From: Phoronis australis
Lineage: Eukaryota; Animalia; Phoronida
Length of the DNA: 64,000 bases
Direction: 5' to 3'
Assembly: GCA_002633005.1 (NCBI GenBank)
Contig: NMRA01000031.1
Span: 963,004 to 1,027,003 of the forward strand
The notes under the pieces are model-generated. The model was not told where the DNA came from. It did not search any database and was given only the letters and a program-made list of their open reading frames with translations. Below, one piece after another: positions 52,601-64,000 of this stretch; position 1 is the stretch's first letter; each line of letters opens with the position of its first letter. Both the position numbers and the translations under genes were made by a program.

Positions 52601-55600
52601 TCGTACTGCTGATAAAATTGCTTTTAATGTTTTATGGCTCAGTTCCACCTTCTTGGTAGAAATGCACCTTCGGACTAGTGTAGCTTCGGACTAGTGCACC
52701 TTCTGACTAGTGCACCTTCCGACTAGTGCACCTTCGGACTAGTGCACCTTCGGACTAGTGCACCTTCGGAAAAGTGCAACTTCAGACTGGTGCCTCTTCG
52801 GAAAAGTGCAACTTCAGACTAGTTCACCTTTGGACTAGTGCACCTTCAGAAAAGTGCAACTTCGGACTAGTGCACCTTCGGACTAGTGCACCTTCAGACT
52901 AGTGCACCTTCCGACTGGTGCATTTTCGGACTAGTGCACCTTCGGAAAAGTGCATCTTCGGACCAGTGTACATTCAGTCTAGTGCACCTTCGGAAAAGTG
53001 CAACTTCAGACTAGTGCACCTTCGGACTATTGAGCGGCTCTCGTCTAGTATATTAGGCGTATGGGCTACCTTTTGGAGCCGAAGTTATGTTTTCCAATGG
53101 TATGCATGTTTCCAAGCAGCATTGTCTTCCAAGTGTCTAAAGGTGTATGAATTCTCATCGCTAACACTTGGAAAACAATGCTGCTTGTAGAGAGGCCGCT
53201 GGGAAACACAGATTTACGATCACTGACAGTGATACTAATCGCTATTGCATGAAACTGCGAGAAGCCCTTCACATTTGGTGTTCAGAAACGCCCTCATTCA
53301 ATGCACAAGTTTCTCATGAGTCGTTGACACTGTTACACTAAGTTGTGATTTGCTGATTGCTAGCTAGTCCTGTTCTGGTATTTTTGCGTGATTTGGAATT
53401 ATCTGTGTATTGTACCTGTAGCCATCCTGGCATCCATTCTTTGAATAAAGTTTGACAATGGTGGATGTTTTACCGCCTAAACGTGTCGTTACATTTCAGA
53501 AAAGTTGTTGTCTTTAATCGAATCATTTTAAACGGTTTTGTGACAGTCTCCTATGTTTTGCCATTTTTTCCACTTTGTAGACAATCTTTCTTCCACATCT
53601 ATCGCATTTAGATCCTCATTACCAGACCAGATCATTTTATTCCTAACTCGTTTTTTTTCATAAACCACATTTCTTTTTATGTTTGACTAGTAGAGGCAAA
53701 TGTTTCACGTGCTCGACACCATGCAGCACGTGCTTGGTAAGATGTGACCATAAACATCACATGGCTATATGGATGTGACTGTAGTTGGTTTATGAGAAAA
53801 TGTTATGTTTGATAAGAGGCGCATGTTTCACGTGCTCGACACCGTGTAGCACGTGCTTGGTAAGATGTGATTGTACTTGGTTTATGAGGAAATAATTGCA
53901 TTCGTAAGAATAGAATTGTGGTGTACGAGTAAATGTCTGCAGCTGGTCTAAATAAAGTGCATTTGAGAAAGTCATTTAGTCCGTGAGGGAGAAAGATTGT
54001 CTACCCTGATTTTTACTTCATGCACACATTTTGTTCACTTGGAATAGACAAGTAGTTTTTGTTTGATCAGAAGCTTGAGTGAAGAATGGTTCCATTGTGT
54101 TCTGTGCTCAAGAGCACTCTTCGGAAGAAACTTGCGTTCTTACCCTGCACTGGGAATTTAGCCGGCCTTTAACTGGCTTTACCGTGTGACGACAAATAGG
54201 CCTATATCTTACACCTTTACGAGTTTGTCACATATAATAGGGAACAAGAAAAGAATATTAACGACTAGGCTGTCAATCTTGCAAGTATTCAATTAGCAAA
54301 AATCAATGGATCACGGAACAAGTAATTGTATTCAGACGCCTATTCATTCCCCGTTGAATTTGGAAAAGTGATTGTTATTGCATAACCATGCAGATTAACG
54401 CCGGTGACGTGTCGTCAAGTTAATTACCGATGACGAAATTTGTTGATTGACATTTGGATATATTTAGCGTTGCACAAAACAATATTATTGACGGGCAAAT
54501 TTTCGTATAGTTGTACGTTATGGCTATAGCGGCGTTCTAATTGATCATTCTACTTGTCGCTACTCCGTTACTACAGTTCAGTCGCAAAAATGTCATTGCT
54601 ATTATATTTACGGACTAAGTGCCCGTATCTCCATTCAGCTGCTATACTCCGCGATATTTCTCAAAATAAAGTTGTTCGTCTGTCCATCCATCTGCCTGTC
54701 TATTCAACGACCGTCAGACTTCATAGGCGGATTTACGGGGGGCAGGGGGCCCGCCCCCACGCCCCCTTGGCTGCCGCAAGCAAAATGAAATACCAACAGC
54801 GTGAAGCGTGAGGAAATATTGAGTTCAGTAACTAGGACCGGGGTAGCGTGAGGGAGGGCTCAGACCCCAGAGTCGCGGAATCGTGTTCCCGTTTTTTTTT
54901 TTTTAATCCNAATGCTCACTGGCCTGCAAACTACGTTCGCAATAAAAAAGCACGGAAATATTGTGTACACGGTTAAATGAGCGAGCGAAAGAAATTTATT
55001 GTTGTCAGGGGATGCAGTAATTAGTTTTCATTGTCTACCGCTTAAATGCAATTGACTAAACGCTTGACTCACCTTTCCTGCAGTGCTGTGAGGATTTACG
55101 ATCGCAACGTGAAACCGCTCGCAAGGCAAAATCCTCTTGGATCATTTTATCGCAGCGGACGTGGTTCCTGAGCTGAGCTCACATGTATTCGAGACATGTA
55201 GCTCACTGCCGGCATTGGCCCAAAGAAAGTAACTTACCCGCTCAGTCTCTATGCAATGTACTATGATGCTCTAGGTGACTTAGACGATTTCAGCTGGAAA
55301 ACAGTTCGCGTTACGATAAGTGGGAAAGATAAGCGAAGTTTTGGCGAAGCTTCGGTGTATCGAATTTACTTTACTCGTGAGAACCCGCTTGACTTATATA
55401 TGGTCATTAAGCTCTTTCTGGGTGATGAAGCAAATGTCCCATGTAACCATGTAGACCACATTCACCTATTATTTATGCTTGGCACTTGAACCAATGGGTA
55501 CTGCCCACAGATGGTGCGCACAACCACCACTGCTACTGCTTGTCTGGCCATTCACTTAACCTTCTGCCCAGTGATTCAACAGAGAAAGTCTGGTCGTCTC

Positions 55601-58600
55601 ACTTTCATTTCTTGAAAAATGCGGTATGGTCCAGTGATTCTCCGGAACGATGTGTCCGCAGCAGATGCTACGATTTCGTCGTGATACTTTTAACCTTCTC
55701 ACGTTCGTTTACTTTCACTGACCTCTCACAATGGTCGTGTTTTGTTAAGCATTTTCTCCGCCCTATCCATCCTAGTACACCAAGCGTGACAGAATGCTGT
55801 GGCGGATCCAATGAGGTGGGACTCTGGGGGTGAACCGGCGCCTCGGATGCACGCGCTACCAACACAAAAAACGCCGTCGCTGGTTGAGTAAACCCCTCGT
55901 TGCTCGTAGATCCGCCATTACAATGCTTCTGGGCTATACAGCTACTGCAACATGGCTCATTCAATACTTGCTGCCATGCATTGCATCGTTCAAGACTTAC
56001 AAGCAAGTTGATTTCGATACAAAGACTTTTTAAAAGTGCTTCAGCTTCATATTTCAATGGGATTCGTCACAATTTCTTTGTTAATTAAGACGCTAAAACT
56101 CAATGTTCTTTTAAAACAGCTGTTGTCCACCTTCCATTTTGGGTGTGTCTGTTCTAGTGCAAATGTTATACTGGATAACGCTGCCACTGATGATGGAGTG
56201 CGACAAAAACGTCATGTTAAACATTTAATGTCCTTTTTGTTGTGTCAAGTTGACACAAAGCGGCAGGAAAAGTAAGTGTAACTATAGCTAAAAGATGCGT
56301 CTGTTTTGTTTGTGTTACACTTATTGGGGGAGGCTGTGCTTTAATGTTTCCGTAAACGAACTCCGGCATATTGACTTTTGAAAGAATACACCCAACTCAG
56401 AACAGATGTCATTTGGTTTAATTTCCCAAGTGCCCAAATGTCATCCGGGCAGTGGTTGTTAGAAGAAGACATTGCAAACTGTATTCGATCAATTATTTGG
56501 TGTTTGACTGTGAATTGATCAAACAGAAACGATTCCATGTTTTGGAAAATAGACGTCTTAATAAAATAGTAAAGGTTTCTTTCTCATTAATAGTCAAAAT
56601 ATCTAAGAGACTGGTTTCCGTATCCACGGGATTCGGAACGACATTGAGAGCATTGTAGGCGTAGCTTTGGATGTGGTTTTCAAGTCAATCACCAAATATG
56701 ACGGGTTAAATTTAATTCATAATTCTGAAAACATATCATGAATCGAAATCAAAAACAAACGTCGTCATAATTTTGTATGACTCCTGCTGTTTCAGTGCTT
56801 ATAGTGACGTCATATTCCACGACAAACCAAAACAATGGTTTGTTAGTCGTGTACAATTGGTCAATATGTAAATCCTTAAACAAATGTTCCATTCTTACAC
56901 TTAACAATAACAGCACTTTCAAATTTGGCTTCGTATCAATCGTTCTGAATTCATATCAAAAAGGCATGGCTTTGTTGAATTTCTTAATTTTTGAGAAACC
57001 CATAGAGTGTACTCTTTCTTTCAGTTATGCCTTTTCTAAGGTGTCCAAGACAGTTGTGCAAACAAGTGCTTTGGAGGCACTGAACAGTTCTCACAGGGAT
57101 TTGTCTATCAGAACACACGTCAATGGACTCTTCACCCTTTCTTCACTCTGTCAAAAACTGCATGCAAAGAAAAGTTTTGAGTCATTTCACATCACAAGCC
57201 CTACAGATGAGCACAGACACTTTGTACTCTCTTGTATTTTTTACCCTTTCACTCCCAGTGGAAACCAAGCTGAACTAAGAAAAATATGGGGAAAAATGCA
57301 AAAACGGCACTTTTCACCCCAAAATCACCACTTCCCTGCCGATACTCGACTAAAGCCAACATTAAATTCCGAAAGCAAATTTCCTACCAATTTCAAAAAT
57401 TTGGTCCAAAAGTATTGTCAACCAACTAGTTCTTTTTTTGCAAATCGGGCTTGTTTGAGGGCTACCTGAAATCGCGGCCAATTTCTCAGTTGCTACACAG
57501 CAATGCACAATTGCCAACAGGGGGCCACCATCTTGAAGAAGAGTGCAGCTAGAGCCGAGAAAGTGGCCTTTTTTCATTCTCAGCATGTTCACAAATACAA
57601 ACAAACCACATTCACTGAGCCTACATGCAGTGCCTACCTACAAAATGCCCCCAAACTTGGCCTACCCCAAAATTTTAATATTTTGGCAGTGCAAATTGGC
57701 CGCGGCCGCAGCCTAACTATTCAGTGCCACCTTTGATTGATCCAGGCCAGTGATAAGGCCTTGCACGATAATAAACGTCGCAACTGCTTCTCTGGTGTGC
57801 ACATTTTACCTGCGCTGCTTTAATTGTTATGCCGCCCCGTTATATTGATTCCTTCAACCTGTGTAATTTACAAACGTTATCACGATAGCTAATAGTCAAC
57901 TTGCCACGCCAATTAGGTGAATTCAACGATTGTTAATAGCTGAACGAACACGCAATTAGCTAAAATCAATTACATTTTCAGACAATTTTCAAACCGCAAC
58001 TTCAACTTAGTCTGCTATTCAACCTGATTAAAGACTACGATATCATTATGACATTGTGCGTCAACGTGGAATGGATTACGATATATATAGCTTCCACAGG
58101 ACCCACTGGTATAACGTTATGAAAAATCACTTATTGGCAATTAAACTGCCACGAGACATAAGTTAACACCCGCTCCTTATTTGCGAGTTAGCAGAGTGCG
58201 GCGTATTGATAACGGCAGTGTAGTTCTACAGTTCACGCACAACATAATTCCCTCACTGGTTTCCTGCGTGCCGCTAGGTGGTCAGTAGCCAGCACACTAT
58301 AATTTTCCTCGGTAATTTTTTTACACCGGCGTTTCTGATTGGCTAGTCGAATTCTCAACAGGCAGCGCTCTACGCAAACAAACTGGCATGACTGATGGAC
58401 TGAAGCGTAAATGCGGTCTGTTGGGCAGACACATCTGTGTTTAAAATTTATGTTCAGGAATTGTGAATCCTAGAAATTATGGTTGCTCCTTTTCGGAGTG
58501 CATCTTTCTACTGTCGATGACTTTTGCTTACTGCACTGTCCTGTATTCATACGGTATGAATAACACACCGTTAAATCGGCCAGATATGTGTTTATTGTAC

Positions 58601-61600
58601 ATGTAGGTGCTTCAAGCACGCGGCTATTAAACATCACTGCAAAAACGAAATAGTTGCGGCTACGCCACTTGCATGACGAGGCTAAAAATCGTCACTCACA
58701 GTCCGCCATTTTTTCACGGTGTTGTAAAGCTAACCAATGACTGCTGAGGTTACATCAACCAATGCTAAAGCCCGTGTCACTGCGTGATATCTGCGGTAAT
58801 GGCTAGGCACGTAGGAAACCAGCGAGTGTTGATACCTTCAGTTGCAATTTTACCCAAATCTTAGTTCTATTTAGGCAAAAGCAGTTTTAAGCTGCAGCTC
58901 AGGGTCCCTCGCAAATAACAGTCCCTATTTTGCAGTCACAGGGGCTTCTGTTATTATTTTTTTTTGCTCCTTTGGTTTTAAAGTGGCATTATCTTGAGAA
59001 TAGGCCTAACACAGAATCGAACTGACATCAGAGGTTCCAGCTCAAGACTTTACTAGTGACGCTAAATCTCACTCGATAAATGTCGGAGTATTTCAAGTGT
59101 TAACCGATTAGTCATCAGTCCTGATTTCACCCAATGGCGAGAAAGTGGCGACATTGTCATTAAATCACAAAACAAAACGGACGTTGTTTTGTAACTCTGG
59201 AGTATGTTTTATGAAAAGTGACGTAAGACCTAAGTATACGCTCCACACAACTATTTATGAAAAGTAATAAACTTTCACTCTACGAAAAATACGAAGTCTT
59301 TGACAATAATTATACCCATAACTTCGAGTTGCGATATGCTTGTTGTTGGAAGCGTAAGACCAACCTCCCGTTCAGTAACGCTAGGACCTCGCAAAAAAGC
59401 AAGACTTCGCGAGAATACGTGAGATTTCGCCGTGTATTTTGAATAAGAACACGTGACTTTGACTAGGTTTTAGCTAGGTCCTAGCGTAGGTCCTAGCGTC
59501 TACTGAACGCACGCCAAATGTTTGTCTTGTCTTGGGTCACTTTTCATGAAACAAACACCAGGTCAAAGAAATGTTCTGTCGATTCCGAAGAAACTTCACA
59601 GCGACTGAGGCTCTTAGAAACCCCAGAAGGGTATCACATTTTAAACTGTTACTTGGATTAGTGATGCAACGCATTTCTCTTAATATGGTGTAAGTGTAGA
59701 ATGCTGAGATTTCTTTCATATTCATATTTGCATCTCAAATTTGTCCGAATTAAACTGATTTGTAAAGTAACCACTCCAGGGTATGTGACGTCATGTCGCC
59801 TGGCGCGAGCAGTGTAAAAATGGCCAGTTGACTACTTGGGCAACTGAACAAAGGACTTCTAGAAAAAGGTTTGATTACGGGAGTATTTTTCATGATGGAA
59901 GAAATTAAAGGTATCAACGACCTCCTAAGGTGTTCCTCTATGCGCAAAAGGTACTTATAGCAAAGTGACTTTGACGCTGTAATCAGTGTGAGGCATCATG
60001 ATTCGCAAAAAGTATGATGGCCTATGGCTATACTAGTATAGACGGTGGCACTATCTAATCATGGCGACGATACGAGTTTATTTCTGCATCATCGTGTGCT
60101 TAGAATGAATGTCGTACGTTTTTTAATTGCAGTGCTCGGCCCGTGGACAAATTTGTTTTGACGACAGGAACTGCTGCCAAGGCTTAGCGTGTGAGACAAC
60201 GAACAACTATCGAGGTAAATATTATTTTTGGTGCACATACATTAATTAGTATTTTCAAATATACCATTTGTGCACGATACTCAATAAATTTGCAACAATT
60301 GTATTTGTCTTTGAACAAAACTGATCCTTCGTTTTTCAGAAAAATTCATTGATGCGCGTGACATCCGTGTGCGCTATTGCGGCGGCGGTGGACTTTTTGA
60401 ATTTTAAATGAGTAACGGTCAATCAAGCATCTGTCGTTTTCACTTCATTACGACCTTTCACGGCGTTTTATGTAAAACTGGTTCGCTTGGGAATGAACTC
60501 GTTGGCAAAGGAGAGTTACTAATGCTAATAAAAGTACTCTGTTAGGCCACTGCGTTGTTTATGAGGCGCTGCGACGTGTTGATATAACTAGAGATTGCTC
60601 GTGTAAAATTAGGTTCTTGTCAGTGGCAATTTGTATTTTAATATCCACGTGTTTTACATGAAAAAATACGGTGTAACACGCCCACGACCTAAATAACAAC
60701 CGGAGTAAAGCAAACATGACAGTGACTAATTTTTTAGGTTTCCACTTCATAGTTGGTGAATAGAGGTTTATCCAAGTAATTAGGAGTGCATCACAGTAAA
60801 AAATAATTCACAGACATTATCTCAGTGATTAGAGTTTGTGCGTATATTGTCAGAGACTTTGCGCTTTTGCTCAAGTGAGATTTAGTTTGTCTTACGTCTT
60901 ATATCGCTTTTCATGAAACGTGCCCCAGAATTCAGCAAAGGTTGTTTTTAGTGACTTCACATGACGGGATCAAGTTAAAAATGATATATGATGCATAGTG
61001 AATTTTAGTGTCATTCATAGAAATTATATTAACTTAGACCTTTAATATGACAATGAGAGAACAAAGGAATAATTATATCGTGCAAAGCAAGTGTCATCAT
61101 GTGCAACAATTTAAGTCCAATTCACGTTTTACTTATAGCATTATAGTAAAATGTGGCACAACAGGCCATGGCCCCCGTTACGTAAGAGTATAATGCGAAA
61201 CAACTACAGTTAATACGGTGACTGGGAATCATTTTGATAATATGGCTCTATATGGCAAAACAGACAACAGGTTCAGTGCAAAACGGTCGAAAACACATCG
61301 TGCAGAATATGTTGTTGTAGCATACGATTTCCCCATACTGAGGACCGTAGCAACAGTAACTATGTTGGGCGAGACCTGATTGCGTTTTGTCATTCAAGAG
61401 CAAGTGAGCGAAGTCAACTCCCGTGTTGCTGTCTAATACAAAGTACCGTAAAGCCTTTTCAACTTTCGGCCCTTTGCCCCCCCCCCCCTCCTTAACGGTT
61501 CTATTTCATTCACTATTCCCAGCACACAGTGGCTACGTGTTTTTTACTAACATAACTATCCATGTGCAAGAAGTACACTAGTTCTGGGGCCGGGGTCTTA

Positions 61601-63421
61601 CCTCTGTAGTCGAGACCCGACTCAAAATTGGTTAATTGCATGACTCGCTTCGAGTAAACTTTCACGAATTTGCTGTCGAACACTGGGGCTGATGAATCTG
61701 AGTATAGAGAAAAGACTGTGGATCCTGAACAGACGTTAGCAAAAATTTGCAGCTTTGCTGAGTCTCGACAAGAAGTACACGTTCATCATTTTGACCTAAA
61801 TACAACGCGTGCAATTTCGTTTGATTATTAACACAACATTTTCATCGATATTTGATTAGTTTTGACACGTATTTAGTATTTGTAAGCATGGTTAATTGGC
61901 AGAAAAATGACGACTAACTGTATGTACGAAGAAATGATATGTATTCGGAATACGTTACATGTTGAAGTGCTCCCAAACTGCAACATTTGCCCCAGGACAT
62001 GGCCTAAAAGGGCTACAGGATCTTACGATATTAACGTTTCCAGACGTCACAGAATCATGTTTGCGGCATTATTCACCGTGCTGTAGTTTGTGTTATGCCC
62101 TACAGACGGAGTTAGCTACTCGTGGTATGTTTGCAGCAATGACTTTGTGAACTGATTTAGATGAAATACCATTTACTCTGCAGGTCGTCTGTCCTACGGA
62201 TCATGCACTGATCCTAAACCACAGTCTGCCTCGCAAATTTTGGAGACCTCTGACACTGGCACCAAAGGCCGAGGTAACACACACATATGATTACTACGTA
62301 CTGTTTATGATAATTATGAGATACGGTTGCATTTAGCAACTTCTTTATACACGACGATTCGCTTGTAGTTTGAACATGTTTCGTGATTTTTGTAGGGGAT
62401 TTTAATTTTGTTAATAACGGCTGAGGCTTCTGGCCTAGAAGGGTTTGCTTTCAAAGGCTCAGTCGAGCCTCGTCCTCTGAAGGGCTTTAAAACCTAACGG
62501 TCAAACAGGTCATGATATGTTACAATGTTTAGCGCGACTTCCTATGATGGATTTACGGTGACGTGCGGCAGGAGGTACAAAATTATTTATTTTGAACCCG
62601 TGACCTTTTGATTGGCTGGTTACTGGCCTTGATTCGCAGATTCCCATGTTGACGTGTTGTTACCCCAAGGTTTACATTGGTTCCAGAGTATCATTATGCT
62701 AATTAAGTTACAACTCAATCGGGGATTCGCTCAAATTTGGGGCCCTGGCTCAGTCGTAACCACAGGAACTCCTACAAGAGTAGAGTGAAAAAATGTGACG
62801 ACGACCAAAGGAGACCAGATCAAATTAAGGGACCAATTCAAATTACCAGAGCCCCCTGCAAACTTTTTTAGGTTACTGCACCGAGAAACCTTGATACGGC
62901 GCTGTTCACATCGAAAAAACGGCCTTGTGAAGTAAGCTCATAATGGTCTCTTTCGGAAATAAAGTACGAAAAAGTCATTAGCGATCGTCTTATATGCCTA
63001 GAGCGGAGCACACATGGAAAATGCAATGCGAATACGAAATAATTGTCTAAAGTTCTGTTCCGCTAAGAAGGAGGTCAAAGTGTCAAATTGTCGCCAAGGA
63101 TTTTTGGACGCAAAATCACGTCAGAAATAAGCGTTTCTGAAACATCCCCTGGGAACATTATCGGTAATCACCGGTAGGCCTATCTTAAAATTCCTTTCGG
63201 GAATTGGATTGACAGTTTATGTTTTACAACAATGCTTAATTAATCATTTGAGTCACTAAATGAAGCTGAAATTTTGGTATTTAATTTCAGGGGAGAAATG
63301 TGACGACAGCAGCGAGTGTTCAAACACCTATTACAGGCTTTGTTGTCAGACTGTAAGGTTCTTCAGAGCAGGCAGCTCGAGAATTTGTGACAAAGTCACT
63401 GGACTTTCAACATGCCTTTAA
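40527..63421 (+). CDS. Prohormone-3 / ITG-like secreted cysteine-rich protein, 149 aa; join(40527-40640,43942-43974,60133-60214,62184-62273,63291-63421)
   Basis: Signal peptide then WGR, knottin module CSARGQICFDDRNCCQGLAC...GSC, C-terminal module GEKCDDSSECSNTYYRLCCQTVRFFRAGSSRICDKVTGLSTCL. This resembles the C...SEC...LCCQ..R.....C.......C pattern recalled for arthropod prohormone-3. All phases match; 450 nt. Confidence 0.8.
43942..43974 (+). CDS. Prohormone-3-like 33-nt exon (ALNEMSAIRPL)
   Basis: tttatcccatag acceptor, gtattg donor; symmetric phase 0-0, so it can be skipped without frameshift. Confidence 0.5.
44632..44742. repeat. 21-bp minisatellite (ttaccactggtcgcagagcac) x about 5
   Basis: Direct tandem repeats; explains three overlapping repetitive ORFs. 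Confidence 0.9.
45075..52150. repeat. About 3.0 kb + 4.1 kb tandem duplication joined by N at 48085 (probable uncollapsed alleles)
   Basis: Both copies start ctgatggcgttttgaacccc and end gggagatacag-polyC; copy 2 has about 1.1 kb extra (about 48458-49594). Confidence 0.9.
52233..53029. mobile_element. Foldback-like element with asymmetric inverted 16-bp arrays (CTTCGGACTAGTGCAC x about 23 at 52663-53029; about 2.5 inverted units at 52233-52276)
   Basis: Tandem units on the right, reverse-complement units on the left; the core resembles about 34190-34270. Confidence 0.7.
53692..53870. repeat. Duplicated 56-bp unit, each copy with two CACGTG E-boxes
   Basis: CACGTG at 53706, 53727, 53829 and 53850. 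Confidence 0.8.
58252..58826 (-). mobile_element. Longer inverted copy of the 35564-35944 MITE
   Basis: Same TIRs and core, plus about 200 bp of extra internal sequence (about 58520-58720); no TSD visible. Confidence 0.85.
60133..60214 (+). CDS. Prohormone-3-like exon (CSARGQICFDDRNCCQGLACETTNNYR)
   Basis: ttttaattgcag acceptor, G|gtaaat donor, phase 0-1. Confidence 0.85.
62184..62273 (+). CDS. Prohormone-3-like exon (GRLSYGSCTDPKPQSASQILETSDTGTKGR)
   Basis: ctctgcag acceptor, G|gtaaca donor, phase 1-1. Confidence 0.85.
63291..63421 (+). CDS. Prohormone-3-like terminal exon, second six-Cys module
   Basis: aatttcag acceptor, phase 1, TAA at 63419-63421. Confidence 0.88.
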
Positions 63422-64000
63422 GCAGCAAGCGATGGTGTCGACATTTCGTCTTACACATAAACTCCTCCAAGCTCGCAACTGATTTGACAGTGAAAAACGA
63501 GATAAATTTCCCGTGGCGTGTACATAAAAGTTACTGTATTTGGCCGCAAGGCTGGTTTATTTTACTGTTGCATATATACTCTACTATATGTGTGCGAACG
63601 AAACATTATTTTCATCTCCAAAATATACGTGAGTAAACCGGCGAACGCTGTGGCAATAACGAAAATCCAACCAGTTTTCTTTGCGACACAACAAGGAAAA
63701 TCGTTCGTAGTGAGCCTTTCACTAAAGATTGCGTTATGCTGTGTATAAACTCACAATTTTAAATTTAAAACCAAGAACTGGAAATAGATAAATGTAGTCG
63801 CCTCGGAATACCAGCTATGATTCCCTAAACCCCACGCCCGCACCAGCAGATACCAAACCCGCGGTACAAACCCTCAGACCCGTCCACATGAATTCCACAC
63901 ACGCACCGAAACTGATCCATACAGATTGACCAAAATCCAATTCCGGGAAGATTCTATGTGTGCGTCTCTGAAGCCATGCTGCGGTCAAAAGATGGGGCCC

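Noticed and set aside
52663-53029. 16-bp array (and the 12-bp array at 38390) as a CRISPR array
   Set aside because: Units are contiguous with no unique spacers, there are no cas genes, and the context is eukaryotic.
53691-53870. Cys-rich exons CFTCSTPCSTCL of the knottin gene
   Set aside because: That frame is phase 2 to 0 and does not fit the phase-0 intron; the second copy has a poor acceptor.
56777-57469. 230-aa plus-strand ORF as a gene
   Set aside because: No recognisable domain, S/F/L/N-rich composition typical of AT-rich non-coding frames, and it lies in an intron.
63815-64000. Terminal exon of another gene on the minus strand
   Set aside because: One frame is open for about 60 codons, but there is no recognisable motif and it is cut by the window edge.

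Overview
Intron-rich animal genomic DNA with many short non-autonomous DNA transposons and single-N scaffold joins. A lophotrochozoan or other marine invertebrate is likely, but that is inference. Most ORFs in the supplied track are spurious; the real genes are spliced and were rebuilt by hand from GT-AG sites and phase matching. Four genes were found. (1) The last five exons of a DH-PH RhoGEF on + (617-5036). (2) A complete Sp1-4 class zinc-finger transcription factor on + (10268-20665, about 737 aa; Sp box, Q-rich region, Btd box, three C2H2 fingers). (3) A small secreted precursor on - (29258-25282) that the ORF track misses: signal peptide, a 34-aa Trp/Arg-rich amphipathic peptide of net charge +9, a GKR amidation/cleavage site and an acidic propiece. 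This is a candidate new linear antimicrobial peptide and the best finding in the window. (4) A complete 149-aa prohormone-3/ITG-like cystine-knot secreted protein on + (40527-63421), head-to-head with gene 3. Two N-joined tandem duplications (about 0.95 kb and 3-4 kb) look like uncollapsed haplotypes. The rest is MITEs, a tRNA-derived SINE and mini/microsatellites. No database searches were run.
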